From assembly GCA_963822445.1 (NCBI GenBank), contig CAWGHO010000002.1, positions 480,001 to 544,000 of the forward strand: DNA of 64,000 bases. The letters run 5' to 3'. Each line of letters begins with the position of its first letter. Positions within the stretch are counted from its first letter, which is position 1. The position numbers were made by a program, and so were the translations under genes. Shown here piece by piece: positions 39,420 to 48,984 of this stretch. The notes below the pieces were generated by a model. That model saw nothing but the letters and a program-made list of their open reading frames with translations, had not been told where the DNA came from and searched no databases. This DNA is from an uncultured Acidobacteriota bacterium (GTDB taxonomy: Bacteria > Acidobacteriota > Thermoanaerobaculia > Gp7-AA8).

Positions 39420-39830
39420 GCCTCAGCGCGTCGCGGAAAACTCACCCGTTCCTTCGCCGACCGCTTCCGGCTCCTCGCCGGTCACGACGCGCAGCAGCCT
39501 TTCCGCGAGGACGCCCGCCGGATCCGCGGGAATGAGCGTGCGGATGCTCGCGGCGGAGCGGCACCGATGGACCGCCATTCGTGACGACGCTGCCAGGCCC
39601 GCTCCATGGCCTCATCCAGCAGGTCTTCCGTCGGCGCCGCGGCCAGGAAACCGGTCTCGCCGTCGCGAATGATCTCGCCGCTGCCCGACATCGGTCGCGA
39701 TCGCGCGGCCGGCGAATGCCGCATCGCCCCGCGTGAGCGCGACCGCAAACACGATCAAGCTCACGATGCCGGGTGCCAGCCACCATGGACTGCGGCCGAG
39801 GCGCAGCCACATCCACACGGCATTGCATGT
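39420..39830 (-). pseudogene. Chimeric remnant: YnfA-family fragment joined to a glycosyltransferase C-terminus
   Basis: [16 protein letters not shown]...AAFAGRA runs into [23 protein letters not shown]. Confidence 0.55.
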
Positions 39831-40043
39831 GTGATCTCGCACGCCGCGGCGACGAGGAACCAGCCGGCGTCCTTCATGCGTCGATTATCGAGGTTCAGAG
39901 CCCGAGCTCGGCGGCGATGAACTCCTTCACATCGGGACCGCCGTCCAGGCGAAGCGTGAGCGCACCGAACGCCGGTGGCCCACTCGATAGCGAGCAGGGC
40001 GGCGCGCGCGGTGCGTGACCGGTAAACTGCGCGGAGGAGGCCA

Positions 40044-41222
40044 TTGCTCTTGGGTGAACTTCTGAGTCAGGCGCGGAACACTCTGAACTTCATGCTGGTC
40101 GGGGTTGTCGCTCTGGCGTGGGCCGCTTTTCAGAAGCCTGCCCCAGTTTTCGAACTAGCGCGGAACGTAATTCGCGAAGCTCAGACTGCGAGGACCGTAG
40201 CAAATGAGCTGCAGCGCGAGCCACTACCAGAAGTAGCGGAATTTTTCGCTCGGCTGGCCAACGATACTGACTGGGTGGCCCCGGCCACGAAGGCTAGCTT
40301 GGACTTTGATGATGGTGCCTTGAGGACGATCAAAGTTTCCACGTTCACCCCTCTTGTGACCATCAAGAGGCGACCGTTCGAGGACAGGAGAAAATCCGGA
40401 GAGCGCGGTATGGACGTACCTCCATACTTAGAGGACACGGCGGTCTACGGTATGTCACGATGGTCTGCGGAAGTCCTCCAGATAGCGAAAGACACAGACG
40501 TCGCCGAGTTTGCGACGCTCGGCGACGTAGAGACGAGATCGCGTCAAACACTCGAATTGCCCGGTTTGGGCGAGAGAGTCCGCGCCGACCGCGCTGTCGG
40601 TCTGATCGCTATCGGTCTGATAGCGCCGCTCCTCTACCTCTTGAGCATCAGCGGCGCGGTGTATTACCAGGTTCGGGAGGAACCGACGTCGCTGCCGATT
40701 TCCTTCCTGCCGTTTCATCCAGGAGGTTTGGGGGCATGGCTAACCTGCATCTGGCTGTTAAGCCCAGCGGCCATTGCGTGGGTCGCCGGCTTGGGTGAGA
40801 CGAAAAGCGCAATCTTACGGTTTGCGGCCGGCCCTTTGACATTCATCGCAGTTGCCGTTGGCGCTCGGCTCATAGCGACTCGTCATGCGGCAACGACAAC
40901 AACACCGTCGAGATACGTCAAGGCGACGACCTATCTAGGCATCACGAGACCAAACGTTTATTGGGGGCTGTCGGCGCTGGCGTTAGCTCTTATCGCTCTC
41001 CTTACGGGAGACCTTGAGCCCATCGCATTGCGCACACTGGTGGTGTTGATGTCTGTATTGGTCCTGAGCGAGCTCGCAAGTGCGCTCGGACCAGTTGGTT
41101 TCCTAGGGGCTGTAGTGGGAGTTGGTGCGGGGGCATGTGTTGTTTGGTACACAGTTCAGCGTCGTCGAGCGCGTAGAGACGCATCGTCCCGATCCGAAAC
41201 GAATCCTATCTCGGAGGAATAA
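40044..41222 (+). CDS. Hypothetical multi-TM protein
   Basis: 392-aa ORF with GGAGG RBS, hydrophobic C-terminal half and lower GC. Confidence 0.6.
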   Translation: MLLGELLSQARNTLNFMLVGVVALAWAAFQKPAPVFELARNVIREAQTARTVANELQREPLPEVAEFFARLANDTDWVAPATKASLDFDDGALRTIKVSTFTPLVTIKRRPFEDRRKSGERGMDVPPYLEDTAVYGMSRWSAEVLQIAKDTDVAEFATLGDVETRSRQTLELPGLGERVRADRAVGLIAIGLIAPLLYLLSISGAVYYQVREEPTSLPISFLPFHPGGLGAWLTCIWLLSPAAIAWVAGLGETKSAILRFAAGPLTFIAVAVGARLIATRHAATTTTPSRYVKATTYLGITRPNVYWGLSALALALIALLTGDLEPIALRTLVVLMSVLVLSELASALGPVGFLGAVVGVGAGACVVWYTVQRRRARRDASSRSETNPISEE

Positions 41223-41262
41223 TGCTGATTCTCCGGTCAAGGCCCAATGGTTAATAATCGCA

Positions 41263-41715
41263 TTAGTCGATCCAGATGACCTTTTGGATAATCTCGCCCT
41301 TGACGTCGCGTCCGAGGTGACGTGTGCAGCGTGTTGGACGTGCATCTGTTCGGTGAACGCGCGCAACGTTTGCTCGTCGTACTTGGTATCTACCCCCGAC
41401 TTTTGACTTCCAGCACGAGGAGGCTGTGGGCGTCCTCGCCCCGGAAGTGCACGATGAGGTCAGGGAAAACCGTTGTCGCGTGTAAGTCATCATCTGCCGC
41501 ATCTCTCCTTGGAAGGCGCAACCATTTCGGGTCGTCGACATATCGGTTGTACTCCACGTCGACAACGTACGGTGGTGGGACGTCGTCGCGGATGAAGCGC
41601 GCTAAATGGTGGTGAGTGCCCGCTCCTAGACGTTCCTGTCGAGAAGTTCGCGCTCTGACTCAAGCACACGCGCGATCGCGTTGCTCACGAGATTAGCGAC
41701 TTCGTCGGAGTTCAT
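41263..41715 (-). pseudogene. Disrupted PD-(D/E)xK nuclease-like gene
   Basis: ERALTHHLA...VDVEYNR...FPDLIVH.RG...LLVLEVK, with an in-frame TAG near 41627 and a frameshift near 41400. Confidence 0.6.
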
Positions 41716-41861
41716 GGCTAGTTGTGTCTCGTGCGAGGATGGCACAGCTCGTTCGTATCCGGCACTTCCAGCGCGTGCGTTCTCGCCCTGCGTTCTGTTG
41801 TGCCGCTGGTCGGTAACTAGTCGTATGTTAGGTCCCGAGCAACAAACCTATTCCCCGCCCT

Positions 41862-43070
41862 CTACCACCCCGAAACGAACAGCCCTTCCTCTCTCGCCGC
41901 CCGTCTCACTTTCTCCCGCGTCTCCCGAATCAGCGAGGCCTTCCCCATGGCCGCCGCTTCGCGCAGTAGCGCCAGGCCCGGCAGGGCTTGTTCGGTCAGG
42001 CCCGCTTTCGTCAGGTACGCGATCGCTTCGTGGCAGATGGCCGGCACCTGCTTCGGTTGTCCGCTGACGAGCAGTGCGTCCGCGAGATCCAGTGCGACGA
42101 GCGCCGCGTCGATCGGCAGGCTGAGCGCAGCGAACTCGTACCGCGCCTTGCCTAATGCCTCGATGGATTCGCGCTGCCGTTTCGTGCCGCGCAACGCGTT
42201 GCCGAGAGCCCAGCGGACGCGCGCCCGCTCGGTCGGCATCTCGCGTCGCTCGAACTCCGCCAGGCAATACTCCAGCGACCCGATCGACTCCACGCCGCGG
42301 CCGAGCTGCACCAGACAAACCGCTACGTTCGTGGTGTGCATCACGCGAAGCTCGGGATCGGTCTCCGTTTCCTGGAGCGATTCCCAGATGCGCATCGCCT
42401 GCTCCACCGCTCCGCCGAGGTACAACGCAGCCGCTTCGATGCTCCGTGCCATCGCGTACCGTGAACGATCGCCGAGAAGCAGGAACGTCGTCGCCGACTC
42501 CCGGGCGAGTTCCGCCGCCTCGCCGGGACGGTGCAGCCGCAGGGCCAGCGCCTTGACCAGGCGAAGGCGCGCAGCGTCGTAATTCGCGAACGGGACCTGC
42601 TCGAAAGCACGCTCCGCTCGTTCGATGTACTCGAGTGCTTCGGACAAGCGGCGCATGAATGCCAGCACGCAGCCGTGATCGCGCAAGGCCTGGGCGCGCA
42701 TGTTCAGGACCATCCCGCGGGGATAGTCGTCGGTCTCCAGTCCGTCGACCACCATCATGGCCATCGAGGTGACCTGGAGCGCGTCTTCCGGAGACTGCCG
42801 GACGATGCCGATCATGCGGCGCAGGAGCTCCTGCACCATGCCCGCCGTCATCGCTCCAGGTGTCCGGCGCAGACGCTGCGGCCACCATGCGCGCGGCCCG
42901 GTCAGAATGTCGTCGAGGAGTGCGGCGGCGGTGGCGTTCTCGTCAAAGACTAGCAGCGCGATCGGGCGGAACGTCGTTGTCACCGAAGGCCCCTCGTCGA
43001 GGGCCTCCCAGGTGCGCTCATCGCGCAACGTGCGGAGGAGTGCCGTAATGCTTCTCGCCATCGTGCTCAC
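41862..43070 (-). CDS. TPR-like helical repeat protein
   Basis: 402 aa of Ala/Leu/Arg-rich helical repeats. Paralogous to 47441-48592 and GTGA-coupled to the sigma gene. Confidence 0.8.
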   Translation of the reverse strand: MSTMARSITALLRTLRDERTWEALDEGPSVTTTFRPIALLVFDENATAAALLDDILTGPRAWWPQRLRRTPGAMTAGMVQELLRRMIGIVRQSPEDALQVTSMAMMVVDGLETDDYPRGMVLNMRAQALRDHGCVLAFMRRLSEALEYIERAERAFEQVPFANYDAARLRLVKALALRLHRPGEAAELARESATTFLLLGDRSRYAMARSIEAAALYLGGAVEQAMRIWESLQETETDPELRVMHTTNVAVCLVQLGRGVESIGSLEYCLAEFERREMPTERARVRWALGNALRGTKRQRESIEALGKARYEFAALSLPIDAALVALDLADALLVSGQPKQVPAICHEAIAYLTKAGLTEQALPGLALLREAAAMGKASLIRETREKVRRAAREEGLFVSGW

Positions 43071-43546
43071 CGAAGCTTCTTCAGCGACGTAGCCACGAGA
43101 TGCCGCGCGTACTTCACGGTCACGTTCAACTCGGCGGCGATGTCTTCGAACGACCAGCGGTCACGGAATCGCAGGCGTAACGCCTTCTGCGCCACCGCGG
43201 GCAGGGCCTCCAGCCCGCGGACGAGCCCCATGACTTCGCGCGCCCGGGAGGTTGCCAGTGCAGCATCCGGTGCACCCGATCCGCCAATCCGCTGCCGATA
43301 AAGCTCCTCGGCCTTCGAACAGACGATGGCGATCAGCCACGCGTCGGGGTCGGCGGTCGGCACCGTGAGCTGCACATAGGCCAGGAGGGCCTGCTGAATC
43401 AGCTCGTTCCCCTCCTCAGCCGACAGACGGTAATCCCGGGTCAGCGTTCCGCCGAGAACGCGGATCAGCGACTGGTGAAGACGCTCGATCTCCTCGACCT
43501 GAGACGAATGTCGAAGGCCCTCGCTCTCGTTGTGTGAGGCGCTCAT
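43067..43546 (-). CDS. ECF-like sigma-70 factor
   Basis: ELIQQALL...AWLIAIV (region 2) and LEALP...LRLRF...SFEDIAAELNV (region 4). Confidence 0.7.
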   Translation of the reverse strand: MSASHNESEGLRHSSQVEEIERLHQSLIRVLGGTLTRDYRLSAEEGNELIQQALLAYVQLTVPTADPDAWLIAIVCSKAEELYRQRIGGSGAPDAALATSRAREVMGLVRGLEALPAVAQKALRLRFRDRWSFEDIAAELNVTVKYARHLVATSLKKLR

Positions 43547-43653
43547 AGACTCTCGATTTCTGCGAACTCGTGAACCGCCGCGAATCTCTCGGAACCATGA
43601 TCCGCCGGTCCAAAAAGGAACGCAAGATGGGCGGGCCCACGCCCGCCCGACGT

Positions 43654-44314
43654 TCATGACACCAGGCGGATTCCGGCCGCCTCGATTTTTCCGTAGACCC
43701 AGTCCGGCAGGAACAGATCCATCTTGTCCGCCCGGCAATTCGAATGACAGACGATGGTGGCGATGCGAAAGCAGCGCGGAAAATCGAACGTCGTCGACGG
43801 CCAGTAGAACGCCGGGTCGATTCCGTGGCGACGGCAGACATCCAGCGTCAGTGCGATCGCGGCGTCGACCTGCGCTTCGTCCAGTTCCGCGAAGAACCGG
43901 CCGCCGCGCCAATCACTGGTGAAGTGCACCCCCCTGTACGCCGTGTCGGGCGTGATCATTCCGAACGCGTGCAGACGATCTCCGTCGAGGGTGAGCGTCA
44001 GCTCGTTGGCCAGCTCGATGGCCACGGAGGCCCGGTCGTAACGGCCTTTCGTTCCTTTCAGGCCGAGGTGATAGATCCAGCAGGCGTCGTCGAAGGTCTG
44101 GTAGATGGTGCCGTCGCGGTCGACCAGATACGGCGCGCCGACGCGTTGCGCGCCGAGCTTCCACGCCGTCGATCGACGTCGTCGCCAGCCCCGGCTTTCC
44201 GTTGACGGGCGTGTCGCGGGTGCGGCCGCCGGTGCCATGCCAGACGACGTATTTTTTCGGGGTGACGTCCGCGAACCATTGCTTGCGGCTGAGCGGATAT
44301 TTCTGAATGTTCAT
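43654..44314 (-). CDS. N-acetylmuramoyl-L-alanine amidase (Amidase_2-like), frameshift near 44166
   Basis: VVWHGT, YLVDRDGTIYQ, WIYHLG, SVAIELAN, CHSNCRADKMD. Confidence 0.8.
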
Positions 44315-44371
44315 TCTCGATCTCCAAAGGTGGAGCGCGCCCGAAGGCGCGCCCCACACAGTTGAACTGCG

Positions 44372-44497
44372 TCAGCGACGGCGGCGATACGTGATCGTCT
44401 CGATGACCGACGTCGCACGGCGGCGCCACGCCAACCACATGGGAATGAAGCGGCCGGTCGTTGCGCTACGGGCGACCCTTCGCGTGAAGGGCCTCAT
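44372..44497 (-). CDS. 41-aa basic peptide
   Basis: ARSATTGRFIP...RRRATSVIETI. ATGA-coupled, with GGAGG-like RBS. Confidence 0.6.
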   Translation of the reverse strand: MRPFTRRVARSATTGRFIPMWLAWRRRATSVIETITYRRRR

Positions 44498-44817
44498 GCT
44501 TCCGCCCCGAGGTCCTTGCCCGCCTTGAACTGCGCGGTCAGCGAGGCACCGGCCTCGGACACCGCCTCCAGCGTCTGCGCGAGCAGCCCGATGCCGGTGC
44601 GGACCGACTGCGGCACGAGCGGGAACGTGGTCAGAAACGCGAGCAGCGGCTTGAGGCCCTTGTAGACCTTCAGCAGGCGCTGAAAGGCCGCTGCGGGCGA
44701 AGCGGTGATGGCCGTGTTCTCGTGCTCGAGCGACGACATCGCGCGGCGCACGCACGTGTCGAGCTGTTTGCGGGTCTTGTACTGCACGAAGTCATTCGGA
44801 TTCGGATTCGATGGCAT
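44494..44817 (-). CDS. Hypothetical protein
   Basis: 107 aa with strong AAGGAAGGAG RBS, in operon order. Confidence 0.7.
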   Translation of the reverse strand: MPSNPNPNDFVQYKTRKQLDTCVRRAMSSLEHENTAITASPAAAFQRLLKVYKGLKPLLAFLTTFPLVPQSVRTGIGLLAQTLEAVSEAGASLTAQFKAGKDLGAEA

Positions 44818-44862
44818 TTGAGTTTTTCTCCTTCCTTTTGTTGATGGGTAAATGAACCGGCG

Positions 44863-45988
44863 TCACTGCGCACGTCTCTTGGCGGCGGCGTTCACCGCCA
44901 GCCGGTGGCGACGCCTGGCGCCGCGATCGTGCGATTCGGGGCAATACGGATCGGGCTCCGCCAGTCCCACGTCCGCCCAGCCCTCGACGATGGCCCGCTG
45001 GATCCTGCCGCCACGGCCGTAGAGCTCTCCGGCAATGTCGACGGTCGCGCGGGTGAAATCGTCGAAATCCGCCTCGGGTGTGAGGCGGCTCGGTCATTGC
45101 GGCGTACCAGATCCGCCCCAGCACCTCCCACGTCTTCCCGCCGATCTGCATGGCCGCGAGATAGAAAGCGTGATTGAGGATGCCGGAGTTGATGTGGACG
45201 CCGCCGTTGTCCTCGTCCGTGTGAACGTAGCCGCGCATGTGCGACGGCTGCGGGTCGGTCCCGAGGAGCGGATGGTGGTAAGCGCTGCCCGGCAGGGCGA
45301 GCGAACGGACGGCGCAGCCGCTGAACGCGGGCCCGAACAACTCGGCGCCGATGAGCCAGTCCGATTCATCCGCGGCCTGGCCCAGCGTGTACTGCTTGAC
45401 CATGATTCCGAAGGCGTCGGAGAGGTGCTCATTGAGCGCGCCGGTCTCGCCGGCATAGCCGAGGGCGGCGGTGTGCTGCGTCACGCCGTGGGTCAGCTCG
45501 TGTGCGATCACGTCGACTGACGCGGTGAAGCGCGCGAAGACCTCCCCGTCTCCATCGCCGTACACCATCTGGCGGCCGTTCCACATCGCGTTCTGGAAAC
45601 GGATGCCGTAGTGCACGGTGGAGTCGAGGCGCATGCCTTCGCCGTCGATCGAGCGGCGCCCGAAGACGCGCTCGAAGAAGTCGTAAGTGGCGCTGCTGCC
45701 ATCCCACGCTTCCGTAACCTGGAGATCGTCACAGCCGGGTGCTTCGCGCGGTAACACGAGACGGCCCGGCAGCTCGTACCGGTGTCCGGCGTCGTACACG
45801 CGCTGGCGATCGTCCGAAGGCGCTTCGGGCGCGATGAGCGTCTGGGCGCTTCCGGCCAAGTCGCGCATATGCTCGAGCGTGGCGCGGGCGTTGTCGCTCG
45901 CTTCGACGTCCCTCTGTGAGGCGACCCGCTTCAGGATGTGAGGGGGGATCACGCCGCAGAGGACTTGCGGTATTGTCTGCTTCGACAT
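44863..45988 (-). CDS. M4 family metalloprotease (protealysin-like), frameshift near 45088
   Basis: IPPHIL propeptide motif, NAMWNG, HELTH, GALNEHLSD, DNGGVHINSG. Confidence 0.9.
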
Positions 45989-46057
45989 TGTCGTCTTCTC
46001 TCCCGAGAGGGTGCGTGTCGCCTGGGCCGGGCCGCGCTGCAACGTGGCCCGCCCGCA

Positions 46058-46657
46058 TTACGACGCGATCTGCTTCACCTCCTGACTCTGCAGCGCCTGC
46101 GTCTGCTGCAACTCGGCGAAGGCTTCCATCATCCGGGCGAGCTTGCGCTCCTCGCGGTCGGCCTTCGTCGGCACCTTCTTGCCGAGGTCGCGCTTCATGT
46201 TCGCCACGTGGGCGGCCATGAGCGGGCTGCGCTGGTCGCTGGCGTGCTGCTTCGCGATCCGGTAGACCTGCAGCGACTCGAAGGCGACCGAGTCCTTCAG
46301 GTACAGCAGCGCGAAGTTGAGGCGCCGGGTGACGGTGAAGAGCTTGTCGTACAGCGGACGGAACGCCTCGATGTACTGGACCTTGTCCCGCGTCGCGACG
46401 GGATCGAGCTTGTTGCCGGCGGCCAGCTCGGGCAGCTGTTCGACCGCGGCGACGACCGTGGCCACGAACGCGTCCGGAACGCCGATGCGGCTCGGCGCGA
46501 CCTTCCGGCCGGACGCTTCGGCTTCGTCGAGCTTCGGGATGATCCCCAGGATCTGGTCGAGGGCGGCCATGGCCTCGGTCACGAACAGCTGGTAGCGCGT
46601 GACCGTCGGCGGCGCCTGGGGCAGTGCTTGTGTGGTGATTGTGATGTGTTCGGGCAT
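46058..46657 (-). CDS. Hypothetical helical protein, first gene of the protease/amidase operon
   Basis: 199 aa, AAGGAG RBS. Confidence 0.75.
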   Translation of the reverse strand: MPEHITITTQALPQAPPTVTRYQLFVTEAMAALDQILGIIPKLDEAEASGRKVAPSRIGVPDAFVATVVAAVEQLPELAAGNKLDPVATRDKVQYIEAFRPLYDKLFTVTRRLNFALLYLKDSVAFESLQVYRIAKQHASDQRSPLMAAHVANMKRDLGKKVPTKADREERKLARMMEAFAELQQTQALQSQEVKQIAS

Positions 46658-46819
46658 GGATAGAGGGGCTCTCCTTTCACACGCCACGGGCAGTCCACGC
46701 GCCGTGGCGTGCGGTTGATGGGTTACCCGCCCCCGCCTCGGCCGAGGCGTGCCGGGCAATCGGCACCTGCAGATGCCGGTAGGTTGGACCGAGGTCACGT
46801 ATTGTGCATGTGACCGCTG

Positions 46820-46836
46820 AAAAGTCAATGACTTTT
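46820..46836. promoter_or_regulatory. Candidate operator in the divergent promoter
   Basis: Perfect AAAAGTCA-A-TGACTTTT palindrome upstream of the XRE gene. Confidence 0.5.
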
Positions 46837-46906
46837 TCTACAACATTCGCTCAGGATGTTCTGCTAAACTGCCACTGTCGTTTCGAAGAACAGAAAGGAT
46901 GTACCG

Positions 46907-47440
46907 ATGTTCGAACCCCTTCCCACCCTGATCCGGGACGCGCGGGAGCGGCAGGACCTGTCCCAACTGGCCCTGGCGAATCTGGCGGGTGTCAGCCGGA
47001 CGACGATCGTGGCGCTCGAGAGCGGAGAGGACAACATCTCCCTCGGCGTGCTGGTGAAGGTGGCCACGGCGTTGAATCTCACGCAGCTGCAGATCGGCGA
47101 CCTCGTGCTACTCCCTGCATCCGCAGATCTGCGGGTGCTCCTGATCGCGCGCGAGGCCATTGCCGCAGCGCAGAAAGTCGTCGGTCAGGCGGCCTCATCT
47201 CAGAAGGAACTGGAGAACCTGTCGGCATCCGTTTCCGACTTGCTCCATCAGGCATTCGAGCCCCCGCACGTCCCCGACGTCGGTGTCGCCCGCGCCGCCG
47301 AGCGGCTGGCGTCTCGATCGCCGGATCGAGCGACAGCGCGCGCGCTGCGCGACCTCGCCGAAACAGCCGACCGCACTCCCCGCTCCTCGGCGCGCCCGAA
47401 AGCAAGTGCGAAAAGGACTGCAGGCAGGCGGGTGCGCTGA
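46907..47440 (+). CDS. XRE family regulator with C-terminal helical extension
   Basis: IRDARERQDLSQLALANLAGVSRTTIVALESG. Confidence 0.88.
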   Translation: MFEPLPTLIRDARERQDLSQLALANLAGVSRTTIVALESGEDNISLGVLVKVATALNLTQLQIGDLVLLPASADLRVLLIAREAIAAAQKVVGQAASSQKELENLSASVSDLLHQAFEPPHVPDVGVARAAERLASRSPDRATARALRDLAETADRTPRSSARPKASAKRTAGRRVR

Positions 47441-48592
47441 TTGGGTACAGAGATCCCCAGCGGTGTGCGTGAATTCGAGCGGTGGCTGAGCGCGAGCGTC
47501 GCCGAAGCCGAGACGCTCGTCCCGCATCTGCTGGCGCTTCCCGGTCCCCTGCTGCTCGCCGAGCTTCGCCGGCATCCCGAACTCAGAACCGCAGGCGTAA
47601 TGCGCCGGCTCCTCGCCGCGGCTCGCGAGGGTCTGCACCGATTCCCGTCGCGCGCACACGAGATCACGGCGATCGTTGCGCGGTATGCCCGCTCCATGGA
47701 GGTGCCGGCCGAGTTTGCCTTTGCGGCGCGGACGATTCAGGGAGAGGCTTGGCGGGAGCACGCCAGGGCGCTCCGCGAGATCGGACGAACGGCGAAAGCC
47801 GCGCAGGCCGTTGGCCTCGCGCGCAGATACTTTGAAAACACGCCCGGGAGTTGGTGGCTTCTGGCGACGGTCGACATCATCGAAGCGCCGCTTCTCCACG
47901 ATCGGGGCCTCGTCGATGAAGCATTGCGAATGATCCGTCGCGCGGGACAGACCTTTCGCCGCTCGGGCGATCACGGCAGATACGTCGAGGCACGGATGAT
48001 CGAGTCGTGGATGCTTTGGGCGGGAGGCGATCGCACGGCGGCCGCAGAGGTCTGGAGCGCCACAGCCGAAGCGGCGCGCCGGCGCGGCGACGTGGAGTTG
48101 ATGGCGCGGCTCGCGGCGAGGATGGGCGTCTTCGAGCTTCGCTACGGCAGCGCGGAGGAAGCATCGCGACTCCTGGCGGCGGCAGTCGAGTTGTTCGGGA
48201 CCGCGTCGATGTCCGAAGACTCAGTGCGCGCGCGATGGAATCTCGCGGAGGCGCTTGCCGAGCGAGGCCGACTCCACGAGGCGATCTCCGAATACCACAA
48301 GGTGCGGGTCGAGCTTCTCTCCCGCGGCGCGCTCGTCGACGGAGCGATCGCCGCCGTGGAGCTCCTCGATCTTCACCTCCTGGCCGGACGGGAGAGCGAG
48401 CTGCCCTCGCTGACCGAGCGCTTTGTCCACCTGTTCCGTGATGCCGGCCTCCCGCTCAACGCGATGGAGGCGCTGGCCTGGTTACGCGGCCGCGCCGACG
48501 CGGATCGGCTGACCCCCGACGACCTCGCGTACGTGCGCGCCTTCTTCGAAGACGTCGCGCAGAAACCGTACGGGCGTTTCGTCGCGCCCTGA
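47441..48592 (+). CDS. TPR-like helical repeat protein
   Basis: 383 aa. Shares RARWNLAEAL, DGAIAAVEL and AGL...AMEALAWLR patterns with 41862-43070. Confidence 0.8.
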   Translation: MGTEIPSGVREFERWLSASVAEAETLVPHLLALPGPLLLAELRRHPELRTAGVMRRLLAAAREGLHRFPSRAHEITAIVARYARSMEVPAEFAFAARTIQGEAWREHARALREIGRTAKAAQAVGLARRYFENTPGSWWLLATVDIIEAPLLHDRGLVDEALRMIRRAGQTFRRSGDHGRYVEARMIESWMLWAGGDRTAAAEVWSATAEAARRRGDVELMARLAARMGVFELRYGSAEEASRLLAAAVELFGTASMSEDSVRARWNLAEALAERGRLHEAISEYHKVRVELLSRGALVDGAIAAVELLDLHLLAGRESELPSLTERFVHLFRDAGLPLNAMEALAWLRGRADADRLTPDDLAYVRAFFEDVAQKPYGRFVAP

Positions 48593-48599
48593 GCGCTTG

Positions 48600-48965
48600 C
48601 CATCAGCTCCACTCGCATCCTGACCACATCTGATGACAGTCGCATTGCATCTGATCACTTTTGCATTGAACTCAATGGGAAATTGATCAGACTCATTGGG
48701 CGGGACATTGAGTCTATTCAGATTCTGATCAAGTTCATTCAGATTCTGATCAACTCCATTCAGTTTTCCATTGACTTCATTGGCCGCGCCATTGGATTTG
48801 ATGTCGATTTCATAGCGCGTGATCATAAGTTGATCCCCTTGGATTGAAAATCGCATCAAACGCAATGGAAATCCGAATGAACTCCATGGCGAAGTGAATA
48901 GACTCAATGGCGAGCTGAATGAACTCAATGGAAAACTGATCAAGTGTGATCAAAAATTGATCACG
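48600..48965. repeat. AT-rich degenerate 21-bp (3x7) periodic tract
   Basis: Units such as ATCAAGT-TCATTCA-GATTCTG and ATCAACT-CCATTCA-GTTTTCC. GAACTCAATGG.AAA.TGATCA occurs twice. Confidence 0.7.
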
Positions 48966-48984
48966 CGAGATGCCTTCGAAGCCG

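Noticed and set aside
43654-44817. Prophage lysis cassette
   Set aside because: No capsid, terminase, portal or tail genes in the window, and the 107-aa protein lacks clear holin TM segments.
2779-45988. Frameshifts in poxB, the diheme cytochrome, the amidase and the M4 protease as programmed frameshifting or true pseudogenes
   Set aside because: Most are single-base indels in short G/C runs of otherwise intact genes, which is most simply read as sequencing error. Read mapping is needed to confirm.
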